Of a stretch of DNA of 64,000 bases, positions 10,130-18,950 are shown piece by piece. Position numbers and translations under genes: made by a program. Source of the stretch: an uncultured Verrucomicrobiota bacterium (lineage in GTDB: Bacteria; Verrucomicrobiota; Verrucomicrobiia; Palsa-1439; CAZOTB01). Position 1 is the stretch's first letter; every line of letters starts with the position of its first letter. Location: positions 12,777 through 76,776 of the forward strand of contig CAZOTB010000002.1 of assembly GCA_964582645.1 (NCBI GenBank). Reading direction: 5' to 3'. The notes below the pieces were generated by a model. It had not been told where the DNA came from. It saw nothing but the letters and a program-made list of their open reading frames with translations, and searched no databases.

Positions 10130-10277
10130 CCCGCCAAAAGACAGCGAGTAGGCCGGAATCGTCTCCGGGCTGCTCGCGCAAATGTCACTCTTCCTGACCG
10201 GTCACGGCAGTTCTGGGGAGAAGCGTCCATGCCTCGCGGCGTCGTCCATCGCCTGGCGTACCGGGGGATTCCATTTC

Positions 10278-10517
10278 TCAGCGCCAGTCGTGTTCGGCGC
10301 GAATGATCCATTGCGGGTGCATGTTGTGGACGGTGAGGAAGGCTTCGAGCAATTCCCGGCTGGGGGCTTCGAACTCGCAGAGCAGTTTCCCTTCGACGGA
10401 GTCGGCGACAAACCGCACGGACGTGACTGTTTCGTCCCGCTTCAACTCCTCCGTGAGCGCGTGCAATTGTTGGCGGGTTAAACACGCAACCGTGTGTAGG
10501 CTGAAATATCGTGGCAT
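10278..10517 (-). CDS. DUF4242 domain protein
   Basis: 79 aa, MPRYFSLHTV...FEAPSRELLEAF, matching the DUF4242 consensus pattern (MPxYLVxHT...FCVFEAPS). ATG at complement 10515-10517. Confidence 0.55.
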   Translation of the reverse strand: MPRYFSLHTVACLTRQQLHALTEELKRDETVTSVRFVADSVEGKLLCEFEAPSRELLEAFLTVHNMHPQWIIRAEHDWR

Positions 10518-10757
10518 ATGCGCTCCGAGACTGGCGGCGTCTTATCTCCTGATTCTCACCGCTGTGCAACGAGAAACTCCATACTTTCAATAGGATTCTC
10601 CACCGTCTGCCGCTGGGTGTTCGTGGCATCGGAAACGCTATTCCAGATGTGAGGATGTGTCGCAGAAATTCGCAGAACGCATGGAGATGGCGTGGCGTTC
10701 TTGGTGGCACAACCGTTGCTAAAACGGCAGGGACACTTTGTGGGAACGGGCGTAGCC

Positions 10758-11681
10758 ATGGAGACAAAAACCCAGGACAACGAGAAATTGCAACTGCTTC
10801 AGACCGTCGAAATGTTTGAAGCGGTCACGCAGGCGAATCCGGACGACTATCAGTCCCTCGAAATCCTCAAGGAAGCCTATGTCAAACTGGGACGCGACGA
10901 CGACAGCCACCGCGTTGCAAAGCAGGTCGCGCTGGCCCATTACAGCCTCGGTCAGTTCGCCAAGGCCATTCAGGAACACGAAGCCATTCTCAAGAAATGG
11001 CCGAATGATTCTGAGAGCAAGAAAGCCCTCAAGGAGCTTCGCGAGCGATCAAAAGACGGCGATGCGGTCACGCAGGCAGCAACGCCCGATGCCATCGAGC
11101 ATCTTCCAACCAACCGTTCTACCGGCAAGGATAGTGAAGAGCTGCTCTGTGATCTGATCGTCAAACGAGCTTCCCGTCTCAAACAGAATTTGGGCGATCC
11201 CGACGGCGACGAAGTGCTGTGCGAACTCATCGTCAAACACAACCTTCTGAAGGAAAAAGACGTCATGGATGTTCTCCATGGCGTGCAGGGCCAAAACGCG
11301 CAGATGAATTCGGACTCGATTCGGGTTCATCTGGTGCAGGGGTTCAGCGACCGCGGGTTGCTGTCGCCGGAACAGTTGCTGGCTTTTATCACGGAGAAAA
11401 CCACGTTGGCGTATATTCCTCTCACGATTTACGACGTGGTGCCCGATATCGTGCGGTTGCTGCCACGCGACATCGCGTTCAGGCACTGCATCATTCCGTT
11501 CGATCGGATCAGCCGCACCCTGTTGATGGCCTCGGCGAATCCATTCGACGAACCCGCCAAAAAAGCCGCGGAGAAGGCGCTCGATTACAACCTGCAATGG
11601 TACGTCTGTAACCCCGCCGAGATCACCCAGGTACTCAAGGACGTGTACCTGATCGGCAAAGCCAGCACGAAAGACGACTAA
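10758..11681 (+). CDS. TPR-like plus GspE_N (T2SSE N-terminal / MshEN-like) domain protein
   Basis: ATG at 10758 (METKTQDN). N-terminal TPR-like helical repeats. C-terminal region (...LCDLIVKRASRL...LCELIVKHNLLKEKDVMDVL...IPFDRISRTLLMASANPFDE...) resembles the N-terminal domain of GspE/PilB/MshE ATPases. Lies 13 nt upstream of the ATPase gene. Confidence 0.6.
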   Translation: METKTQDNEKLQLLQTVEMFEAVTQANPDDYQSLEILKEAYVKLGRDDDSHRVAKQVALAHYSLGQFAKAIQEHEAILKKWPNDSESKKALKELRERSKDGDAVTQAATPDAIEHLPTNRSTGKDSEELLCDLIVKRASRLKQNLGDPDGDEVLCELIVKHNLLKEKDVMDVLHGVQGQNAQMNSDSIRVHLVQGFSDRGLLSPEQLLAFITEKTTLAYIPLTIYDVVPDIVRLLPRDIAFRHCIIPFDRISRTLLMASANPFDEPAKKAAEKALDYNLQWYVCNPAEITQVLKDVYLIGKASTKDD

Positions 11682-11693
11682 TAGACGCTTGTC

Positions 11694-13403
11694 ATGAAAT
11701 CTTTTGGCGAACGCATCGCAGACCTGCTGATCGAAGAGGGATTCCTCCTGGCGGAGCAACTCCAGGAAGCAATCACCATCCAGAAAAAGGAGGGCGGCCG
11801 TCTGCTCAAGATCCTCCAGGAGAAGAAGTACGTCTCCGAAGAGGACATGATGATCAGCATCGGCCGTTGCCTTGGCTGTTCGCCGGTGAATCTCGCGCGC
11901 ATGCGCATCCCGCCCGAGACGCTGCAGATCATCTCGAAAGAGATGGCGAAAAATTACAATCTCGTGCCCGTGGCCAAGATCGGCAACCGTCTGTTCGTGG
12001 CCATGGCCGACCCGATGAACGTCATCGCGCTTGACGATTTGCGTCAGGCGACCGGTCTGAACATCGTGCCGATGATCAGCACCGAAAAGGCGGTGTCGGA
12101 CTGCTTGAACAACATCCATGCTCAGATGAAGGGGAGCATGGAGGAAATTCTCAAAGACACCGACGTGCCCGATCTCGAACTGACCAAGGACAGCCAGGAT
12201 GAGATCAACCTGGACAAGCTTGTCGAGGGATCCGAGGAAGGCCCGGTCATCAAGATCGTCAACCTGCTGCTCGTCCAGGCCATCAAGGACCGGGCGAGCG
12301 ATATCCACATCGAGCCATTCGAGAAGAAAGTCCGACTGCGCTACCGCATTGACGGCGTGTTGTACGACAGCACCGCGCCGCCGAAGTTCATGCAGCACTC
12401 GATTTCGTCGCGCATCAAGATCATGGCCAACCTCGACATTGCGGAACGCCGTCTGCCACAGGACGGTCGCTTCCGCATCAAGATCGCGGGACGCGAGGTG
12501 GATCTCCGTGTTTCCTTGCTGCCGACGGTCCACGGAGAGAAGATCGTCATGCGTGTGCTCGACAAAGGCTGCCTGGCGTCGAGCCTCGAAAGCCTGGGCA
12601 TGGACGAACACACCCTGGGGCGGTTCCGCGATGCGATTGATTCGCCGCACGGCATGTTGCTGGTCACGGGACCGACCGGTAGCGGCAAGACCACCACGCT
12701 TTACTCGGTGCTGCAGGAGCTGAATTCACCCGAGTACAACATCGTCACCGTCGAAGACCCGGTCGAGTATCAGCTCAACGGCATCAACCAGGTCCAGGTC
12801 AAACCCGAGATCGGTCTGACTTTCGCCAGCGGTCTGCGTTCGATTCTGCGCCAGGACCCCGACATCGTGATGGTGGGCGAAATCCGTGACAACGAAACCG
12901 CCGACATCGCGGTCAAGGCGGCCCTCACCGGCCACCAGGTGCTCTCCACGTTGCACACAAACGATGCCGCGGGTGCCATCGCGCGTTTGATTGACATGGG
13001 TATCGAGCCGTTCCTGGTTTCCTCCTCCATCATCATGACGTGTGCGCAACGACTTCTCCGCAAGATTTGTCCGCACTGCAAGGAGCCGGTCGTGGCTCCG
13101 AAGTCGTTGCTCGATCGCCTCAAGCTCAAGATCGAGCCCGGCGAAAAGGTCGAATTCTACCGTGGGCGCGGATGCGATCGCTGCAAAAAGACCGGCTTTC
13201 TCGGACGTGCCGCCATCATCGAAGTGCTGCGTTGCAGCGAAGGCATCCGTCAACTCATCGTCAACGATGGCAAGGCGTTCGAGATCAAGAAACTCGCGCT
13301 CGAGGAGGGTATGAGGACGTTGCGCATGGCCGGGATCCTCAAGGCCCGCGAAGGCATCACCTCACTCGAGGAAGTTTTCCGCGTCACTGCTGCGGATGAA
13401 TGA
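11694..13403 (+). CDS. GspE/PilB-family secretion/pilus-assembly ATPase
   Basis: 569 aa with Walker A GPTGSGKTTT, Asp box, His box, tetracysteine CPHC...CDRC, and an N-terminal GspE_N domain. Confidence 0.9.
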   Translation: MKSFGERIADLLIEEGFLLAEQLQEAITIQKKEGGRLLKILQEKKYVSEEDMMISIGRCLGCSPVNLARMRIPPETLQIISKEMAKNYNLVPVAKIGNRLFVAMADPMNVIALDDLRQATGLNIVPMISTEKAVSDCLNNIHAQMKGSMEEILKDTDVPDLELTKDSQDEINLDKLVEGSEEGPVIKIVNLLLVQAIKDRASDIHIEPFEKKVRLRYRIDGVLYDSTAPPKFMQHSISSRIKIMANLDIAERRLPQDGRFRIKIAGREVDLRVSLLPTVHGEKIVMRVLDKGCLASSLESLGMDEHTLGRFRDAIDSPHGMLLVTGPTGSGKTTTLYSVLQELNSPEYNIVTVEDPVEYQLNGINQVQVKPEIGLTFASGLRSILRQDPDIVMVGEIRDNETADIAVKAALTGHQVLSTLHTNDAAGAIARLIDMGIEPFLVSSSIIMTCAQRLLRKICPHCKEPVVAPKSLLDRLKLKIEPGEKVEFYRGRGCDRCKKTGFLGRAAIIEVLRCSEGIRQLIVNDGKAFEIKKLALEEGMRTLRMAGILKAREGITSLEEVFRVTAADE

Positions 13404-13543
13404 TCGTCCCCGCAGCAGCCTGCGCGGATCCGGTCCCAGTGAATCTCCATTGTGCTGATCCCTCTTGGTGTGCGCGAGCGGCAGCCGCGCTCGTGGCATA
13501 ACGGCTGCTAAAAATACATCATCGAACGCAGAAGCAACTGTCT

Positions 13544-15622
13544 ATGAACCTCTCATTTTTCAGGCGATGGAAGACCCAGCCAGCCGCAGCGTCACCCGCA
13601 GTCACCGAAAAGTCTGCCTGTGCCACGAGTGCCACGGAAACAGCGACCGCCACCTTGGCTGGTGACGCGGACACCACTGTTGAGTGCCTGGAGATGCCGT
13701 GGGAGACGGTGCTGCCGTTGTTGCCGCAGTCCGCGGTGCGCACCACCGGGAACACAGACCTCACCACGCGCGTCCGTCTGCCGCTCAAGCAGATTCTTCC
13801 GCAATTGTCCAAGGGACGGGTTGTTGTTCCACTGAGCGATCTGCTTTCGCAGTTACCCGCGGAACTGCGTACCACGACGGGACCGCACTCGGGCACGGAA
13901 AAGATCTCACTTCCGATCGAACAGGTCGTGGCAAATCTGTCGCCCGAGGCGTTGCAGGCGCGTTCCGACCAGCGCGAGATTGAGATCGAGGAAAGCGAAA
14001 TCCCGGTACCATTCACCGAAGAACCGCGCCACGCCAGTCTGCTGGACGGGGAAGGGCCTCTCGTTCTCGATCCCCCGGCAACACGAACTGCCCAAGTAGC
14101 CGAGCCCGTTCCGCAGGCGCGGCAGGTGGAGCCTCCAACGACAACGGACGCTGCGGAAATGCCATCCATCCGAATTCCTCTGATCGAACCGGCTGCCATC
14201 CGTGATGTTGCGCCGCCGACTCCGACGCCTGCGCAGCCGTCCGCTCAGGGCGGGGAGGCGGTCAAACCATGGATATACCTCACGCTTGCGAGCGTGCTGG
14301 ACAGCATTCCCAACAACGCGCTGGCCGCCGACCGTGAACTGATCCGGTCGCAGGTGGACGGGAGCTACCAGATTCCCGTGCAGGCAGACCAGATCATCGG
14401 TCAGCTCAGCAAAGGTCGTATCGAACTCGACCTCGGCAAGCTGGCGAGCAAATTCCCCGAAGGCGTGCTCATTCCGAACGCGAACGGGCAGATCACGCTC
14501 GGCGTGGACAAAGTGATTGATCAACTCCCCGCGAACGTGTTTTCGCAGGACACAGAAGCCGAGGCACCTGGTCCGACGTTCCAAGACATTCCCGATCCAT
14601 TCCGCGAGACCAACCGGGCGACGCAGCCCGCGACACCGACCGTCAAGGAAACGCCGCCGCCGGCTTGTATCGAAGCACCGCCGGCACCACAAGCAACGGA
14701 AGCGATCGCCGAGCAGGATATTCCGCAGATACTATTTGCGCCCGTGACACCACCTCCCGCTGCAGAGCCGGTCTCCGAGACCACACCGGTGCCCAGCGAA
14801 CCGCGCGTTGAATTGCCATGTCAGACTGTGCCGGTGGTCGGGCCCGTGGCATCTGCGCCGGTCGAGCCGCCTGCGGCCGAATCGCCTGCAGAGCCGGTGG
14901 CCGAGCAAGAACTCGACGATCTGGATTCCATCGAGACGACGACCGAGCCGGTAGCGAGCGCTACGGAGCCGCCCCAACGTCGCGTGTCCGCCGAGGAGAT
15001 TGCCAGGGCGTTGAACGATGTCAACGCGTGGACCGCGGAGGACTTCCATCGCCACACGCTTGGACCGACTTTGAGCCAGCGCATCATCGCCTATCGCACG
15101 CAGCGTGGTGGATTCCAGAGCCTGCGTGAGCTGCTGCAAATCGGCGGCATCGGCCCACGCGTGTTCGAGAAGGTTCTCGGCTTCAGTCCAAGCGCGCTCG
15201 AAGACGAAGCGCATGCAATCAATCGCCTCTTGGGCGTTCCGTGCGACCACGAGATGTCGCTGCAGGAAATCGTCAAGTGCGCGAGCCAGTTGCCGGGCGT
15301 CGAAGGCTGCATCGTGGCGATGGGCGACGGACTCTACATGACGGGCGAGCTGCCCGGACACATGGATTCACAGCGCGTCAGCGCGTTCGCGCCGCAATTG
15401 TTTGGACGCGTGGCGCAGTACGTCCGCGAACTCAACGTCGGCACCGCACGCCGGTTGACGATCTTCACCGACGCCCAGCCGATCACGATTTTCAAGGCGA
15501 ACGATCTGTTCTTCATCGTCATTCACAAGGCCAACCGGTTCTCGAAGGTCTTGTTGAACAAGTGCGAACGGATCAGCCAGGAAATTTCCCGAATTTGCTC
15601 CAAGGAGACTGCGAAAGAATAG
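13544..15622 (+). CDS. large proline/threonine-rich protein with ComEA-type helix-hairpin-helix and C-terminal Roadblock/LC7-like domain
   Basis: 692-aa ORF. Long low-complexity P/T/E/A-rich region with two copies of a QLSKGR(V/I) motif. HhH near aa 480-540 (VNAWTAEDF...LLQIGGIGPRVFEKV). C-terminal approx. 120 aa match the Roadblock pattern (QLPGVEGCIVAMGDGLYMTGELPG...ITIFKANDLFFIVIH). Start choice is uncertain (no clear Shine-Dalgarno). Confidence 0.55.
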   Translation: MNLSFFRRWKTQPAAASPAVTEKSACATSATETATATLAGDADTTVECLEMPWETVLPLLPQSAVRTTGNTDLTTRVRLPLKQILPQLSKGRVVVPLSDLLSQLPAELRTTTGPHSGTEKISLPIEQVVANLSPEALQARSDQREIEIEESEIPVPFTEEPRHASLLDGEGPLVLDPPATRTAQVAEPVPQARQVEPPTTTDAAEMPSIRIPLIEPAAIRDVAPPTPTPAQPSAQGGEAVKPWIYLTLASVLDSIPNNALAADRELIRSQVDGSYQIPVQADQIIGQLSKGRIELDLGKLASKFPEGVLIPNANGQITLGVDKVIDQLPANVFSQDTEAEAPGPTFQDIPDPFRETNRATQPATPTVKETPPPACIEAPPAPQATEAIAEQDIPQILFAPVTPPPAAEPVSETTPVPSEPRVELPCQTVPVVGPVASAPVEPPAAESPAEPVAEQELDDLDSIETTTEPVASATEPPQRRVSAEEIARALNDVNAWTAEDFHRHTLGPTLSQRIIAYRTQRGGFQSLRELLQIGGIGPRVFEKVLGFSPSALEDEAHAINRLLGVPCDHEMSLQEIVKCASQLPGVEGCIVAMGDGLYMTGELPGHMDSQRVSAFAPQLFGRVAQYVRELNVGTARRLTIFTDAQPITIFKANDLFFIVIHKANRFSKVLLNKCERISQEISRICSKETAKE

Positions 15623-15631
15623 AAGGAAGCC

Positions 15632-16288
15632 ATGTCCATCATCAACTACGCCAGCAAGGAAATTCAATTCAAGATCGTCTTCTACGGTCCCGCGCTCTGC
15701 GGCAAGACGACCAACCTCTCGTACATTCACTCCCAGATCAATCCCGACAACCGCGGCGATCTCGTGTCGCTGGCGACGGCGGCGGACCGGACGTTGTTCT
15801 TCGACTTCCTTCCGCTGCACGCGATCACGATCAAGAACTTCAAGACCAAGTTCCAGCTCTACACCGTGCCCGGGCAGGTCATCTACAACACGACGCGCCA
15901 GCTCGTGCTGCGGAGCGTGGACGGCATCGTGTTCGTCGCCGACTCGCAGTGGGACAAGATGGAGGAGAACATCGAGAGCTTCCGCAACCTCGAAGACAAC
16001 CTGGCGAAACAGAACCTGAAAATTGACGATGTGCCGTACGTGTTGCAGTTCAACAAACGCGACCTGCCGCGGATCGCGCCGACGCACTACCTGAATTACC
16101 TGCTCAACAACCGCAAAGTGCGCGTGCCCAGCTTCGAGGCGTGCGCCACCTCCGGCAAGGGCGTGTTCGACACGCTCAACATGATCTCGCGTCTGGTGCT
16201 GCTCAAGTTCACCAAGGAAAGCGACCAGCAATCCGCCGCCGCCGCCAAACGTCCAGCGCCCAAGCCGCTGGCGACCACGCACGTCTGA
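15632..16288 (+). CDS. mglA: Ras-like small GTPase MglA
   Basis: 218 aa. [29 protein letters not shown]... closely matches Myxococcus MglA ([29 protein letters not shown]). Arginine finger DRTLFFDF and VPGQ present. GAAGGA Shine-Dalgarno upstream. Confidence 0.9.
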   Translation: [218 protein letters not shown]

Positions 16289-16318
16289 TCGCACCGCACT
16301 CCAGGAAGCACGCATCAC

Positions 16319-16792
16319 ATGGACGCCATCCCGGTTCTCGGCCTGGAAGAAGTCGCGCAGATTGACGCGGTGCTCAACGAGTACCTCGACAAGTCGGAGG
16401 CCGACCTCGCCGTGGTGCTCGACAAGGGCGGCAACATCATCTCCCAGCAGGGCGAACGCAACACCGCCCATCTGGCGATTGTGGCCGCGTTGGCCGCAGG
16501 ATCGTTTGCCGCAACCAAGGAACTCGCCAGCCGCATCGGCGAGCCGGAGTTCAGCGCGCTGTACCACCAGGGCAAGAATGGGCACGTGTTCATGAACGCC
16601 GTGGACGAGAATACCGTCCTGCTCACGGTGTTCTCCGGCAAGACCACGGTGGGGCTGATTCGGTTCTACTCGGTCAGTTGTGCCCGCAAGCTTCAGCAAA
16701 TCCTCGATCGACTCCGCACCCAGCCGCAACGCAGCCGCTTCACGCTCACCGTCGCCGACATTCAGAAAGCCGGCTCGCTGTTCCAGAGCTGA
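16319..16792 (+). CDS. mglB: MglB, Roadblock/LC7 GTPase-activating protein for MglA
   Basis: 157-aa Roadblock/LC7 protein immediately downstream of mglA. VVLDKGGNIISQQG...VLLTVFSGKTTVGLIRF resembles M. xanthus MglB (VFLVDKNGQLISSAG...VVLVVIFDNRTSLGLVRL). Confidence 0.85.
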   Translation: MDAIPVLGLEEVAQIDAVLNEYLDKSEADLAVVLDKGGNIISQQGERNTAHLAIVAALAAGSFAATKELASRIGEPEFSALYHQGKNGHVFMNAVDENTVLLTVFSGKTTVGLIRFYSVSCARKLQQILDRLRTQPQRSRFTLTVADIQKAGSLFQS

Positions 16793-16889
16793 GTCGCCCG
16801 CGCGGCAGTGAATTCCCTGGAGTCTGCCACGTCGTAAAGGCAGGGCACCTGTGCTGCCATTTGCAAACCCGGCATCTGTTTGCTACAGA

Positions 16890-17693
16890 ATGTCCAATCG
16901 AACCATGACGCTCAGACCTATATTGACCTTACTGGCTGCCGGCATTGGCCTGCAGGCTCCCATCGGATGCGCCGACAACACCAACAGTCCGCCTCCGGCG
17001 AAAGTCGCCGCGGAGCAGCCGGGGACGGCCGCCGCTACAACTACCACCGCGCCTCCTGCGACAGTTGCTGACACGAACCTGCCCACAATGGAAGTCGCCC
17101 AAGCGGTCATGGTGACAGTCGAACTCGATTTCGGGACGAACGTTCCGTCCATTGCCGAAGGACTGCGCGAGGTCGAACGCAAGTATCAGCCCGACGACGG
17201 CAAGGGACGCACGTTCGCCATTCTCGACGCCTACGGCCAACCGACGCCCGATGGGAAGAAACTCCACATGTCCATGCACGTCAGCACCGAGAAGCCGGGG
17301 ATTGGCGAACTGGTCTTCAAGCGCACGGGCGAAGTGTTGTGGAAGAATCGCATCCTCCCCGCGACCAAACCGCCTTCGTCCTCGTTCGCGGGCAAGGGCT
17401 TGACCATCATGGTCGCCGACGACAAGGGCAAGGCGCGTGTGTTGAACGGCACCAAGGTGAAAAACTCGATCTTCGAAGCCACGCTCAACGACAGCGGCGA
17501 ACCGCTCGACGTGTTCTGGCCCGAGGGCGAGGAGCGCGAGGTGACCATGATCTACAGCTCATGCGGTTGTCCCGTGAAAGCGATGGCCCGCCGACAGGGA
17601 GACAAGACCGTCCGCACGAAGGACACGCCCGTAATCTTCCCCGACGACCTCGCCGTGGCCGCCACGATCAACAAGCTGATGGGATGGAAGTAG
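16890..17693 (+). CDS. hypothetical secreted/lipoprotein
   Basis: ATG at 16890 (MSNRTMTLRPILTLLAAGIGLQAPIGC) gives a signal peptide with cysteine. Confidence 0.5.
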   Translation: MSNRTMTLRPILTLLAAGIGLQAPIGCADNTNSPPPAKVAAEQPGTAAATTTTAPPATVADTNLPTMEVAQAVMVTVELDFGTNVPSIAEGLREVERKYQPDDGKGRTFAILDAYGQPTPDGKKLHMSMHVSTEKPGIGELVFKRTGEVLWKNRILPATKPPSSSFAGKGLTIMVADDKGKARVLNGTKVKNSIFEATLNDSGEPLDVFWPEGEEREVTMIYSSCGCPVKAMARRQGDKTVRTKDTPVIFPDDLAVAATINKLMGWK

Positions 17694-17906
17694 GCGGGCT
17701 CACCGTTCCCGGTTCACGGTCCAGGGTTGGCGGTTGTCGGGTTGGCCATGGATGGACACAGATTTTCACGGATACAGAATGCGTTGGTCCGTGTTCCATC
17801 CGTGCCAATCTGTGGCTCCCTTGCTTGACCCGCTGCATCTCGCTCGTTACTGTCACCGCCTCTTTCGTTGGAACTGAATCGCAAGCTGGATCATCAAAGG
17901 AACGAC

Positions 17907-18839
17907 ATGGAAAACGTAGTCATCATCGGCTCGGGATGCGCGGGTTGGACGGCGGCGTTGTACACGGCGCGGGCGAACTTGAACCCGGTCGTGGTCACGG
18001 GCGCGCAGCCGGGCGGGTTGCTCACCACCACCAGCATCGTCGAGAACTATCCCGGCTTCCCCGAAGGCGTGGACGGGACCGAGCTGATGATGCGGATGCA
18101 GAAACAGGCGGAACGGTTCGGCGCCAAGACGCAGTACGGCACGACGATCACGAAGGTGGATTTTTCCAAGCGACCATTTCGACTTTGGGCGGACGAGGAT
18201 TTGATTGAAACCAAGACGGTCATCATCGCGGTGGGCGCGTCGCACCGGCATCTCGGGTTGAAGAACGAGAACCTGCTGGAGAAGAAAGGCGTGACCTATT
18301 GCGCGACGTGCGACGGCGCGTTGCCGATGTTCCGCAACCAACCGCTTGTGGTAGTCGGCGGGGGCGATTCGGCCTGCGAGGAGGCAACCTACCTGACGCG
18401 GTTCGCGTCGAAGGTGTATCTGATCCACCGTCGCGACCAGCTTCGAGCGTCGAAGATCATGGCCGACCGGGCATTGGGCAATCCGAAGATCCAACCGGTG
18501 TGGGACAGCGTGGTCGAGGACGTGTACGACGTGAAGCAGGACAAGGTTACCGGCGTGAAGGTGAAGAATGTGAAGACGGGCGCGACCAAGGATCTGGCGT
18601 GCGCGGGGGTGTTTGTGGCCATCGGTCACTCGCCGAGCACCCAGGTGTTCCGGGGCCAGATCGAGATGGATGCCGACGGTTACATTCTCTGCAAGCAGGG
18701 CAGCTACTCGAGCGTGGAGGGCGTGTTCGCCGCGGGCGACTGCGTGGATCGCGTCTATCGTCAGGCGATCACCGCTGCCGGCATGGGTTGCGCCGCGGCA
18801 ATTGATGCGGAACGGTTCCTGGCGCATCACGGCGGGTGA
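17907..18839 (+). CDS. trxB: thioredoxin-disulfide reductase
   Basis: ATG at 17907 with an AAAGGA Shine-Dalgarno. GSGCAG FAD motif, redox CATC motif and GGGDSA NADPH motif. Confidence 0.9.
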   Translation: MENVVIIGSGCAGWTAALYTARANLNPVVVTGAQPGGLLTTTSIVENYPGFPEGVDGTELMMRMQKQAERFGAKTQYGTTITKVDFSKRPFRLWADEDLIETKTVIIAVGASHRHLGLKNENLLEKKGVTYCATCDGALPMFRNQPLVVVGGGDSACEEATYLTRFASKVYLIHRRDQLRASKIMADRALGNPKIQPVWDSVVEDVYDVKQDKVTGVKVKNVKTGATKDLACAGVFVAIGHSPSTQVFRGQIEMDADGYILCKQGSYSSVEGVFAAGDCVDRVYRQAITAAGMGCAAAIDAERFLAHHGG

Positions 18840-18859
18840 GTAAATCCCTCGCGGATTGT

Positions 18860-18940
18860 TTGTGGTCGAGCGCTTCAGCGCGGTCATGGCGAATCTGGCC
18901 TGTCCCTTCAAGCCCGCGCTGAAGCGCTCGACTACAAGCA
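18860..18940. repeat. palindromic repeat element, copy A (19-bp perfect inverted repeat gtcgagcgcttcagcgcgg / ccgcgctgaagcgctcgac), terminator-like between convergent genes
   Basis: Perfect inverted repeat seen directly in the sequence. A second diverged copy is at 60085-60165, sharing aagcccgcgctgaaNcgctcgactaca. Confidence 0.6.
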
Positions 18941-18950
18941 GTGCCGCTTT

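Noticed and set aside
11049-12650. 533-aa minus-strand ORF
   Set aside because: Antisense shadow of the GspE/PilB ATPase gene, which has unambiguous Walker motifs on the plus strand.
15368-16729. 453-aa minus-strand ORF
   Set aside because: Antisense to mglA and mglB, both strongly supported by homology.
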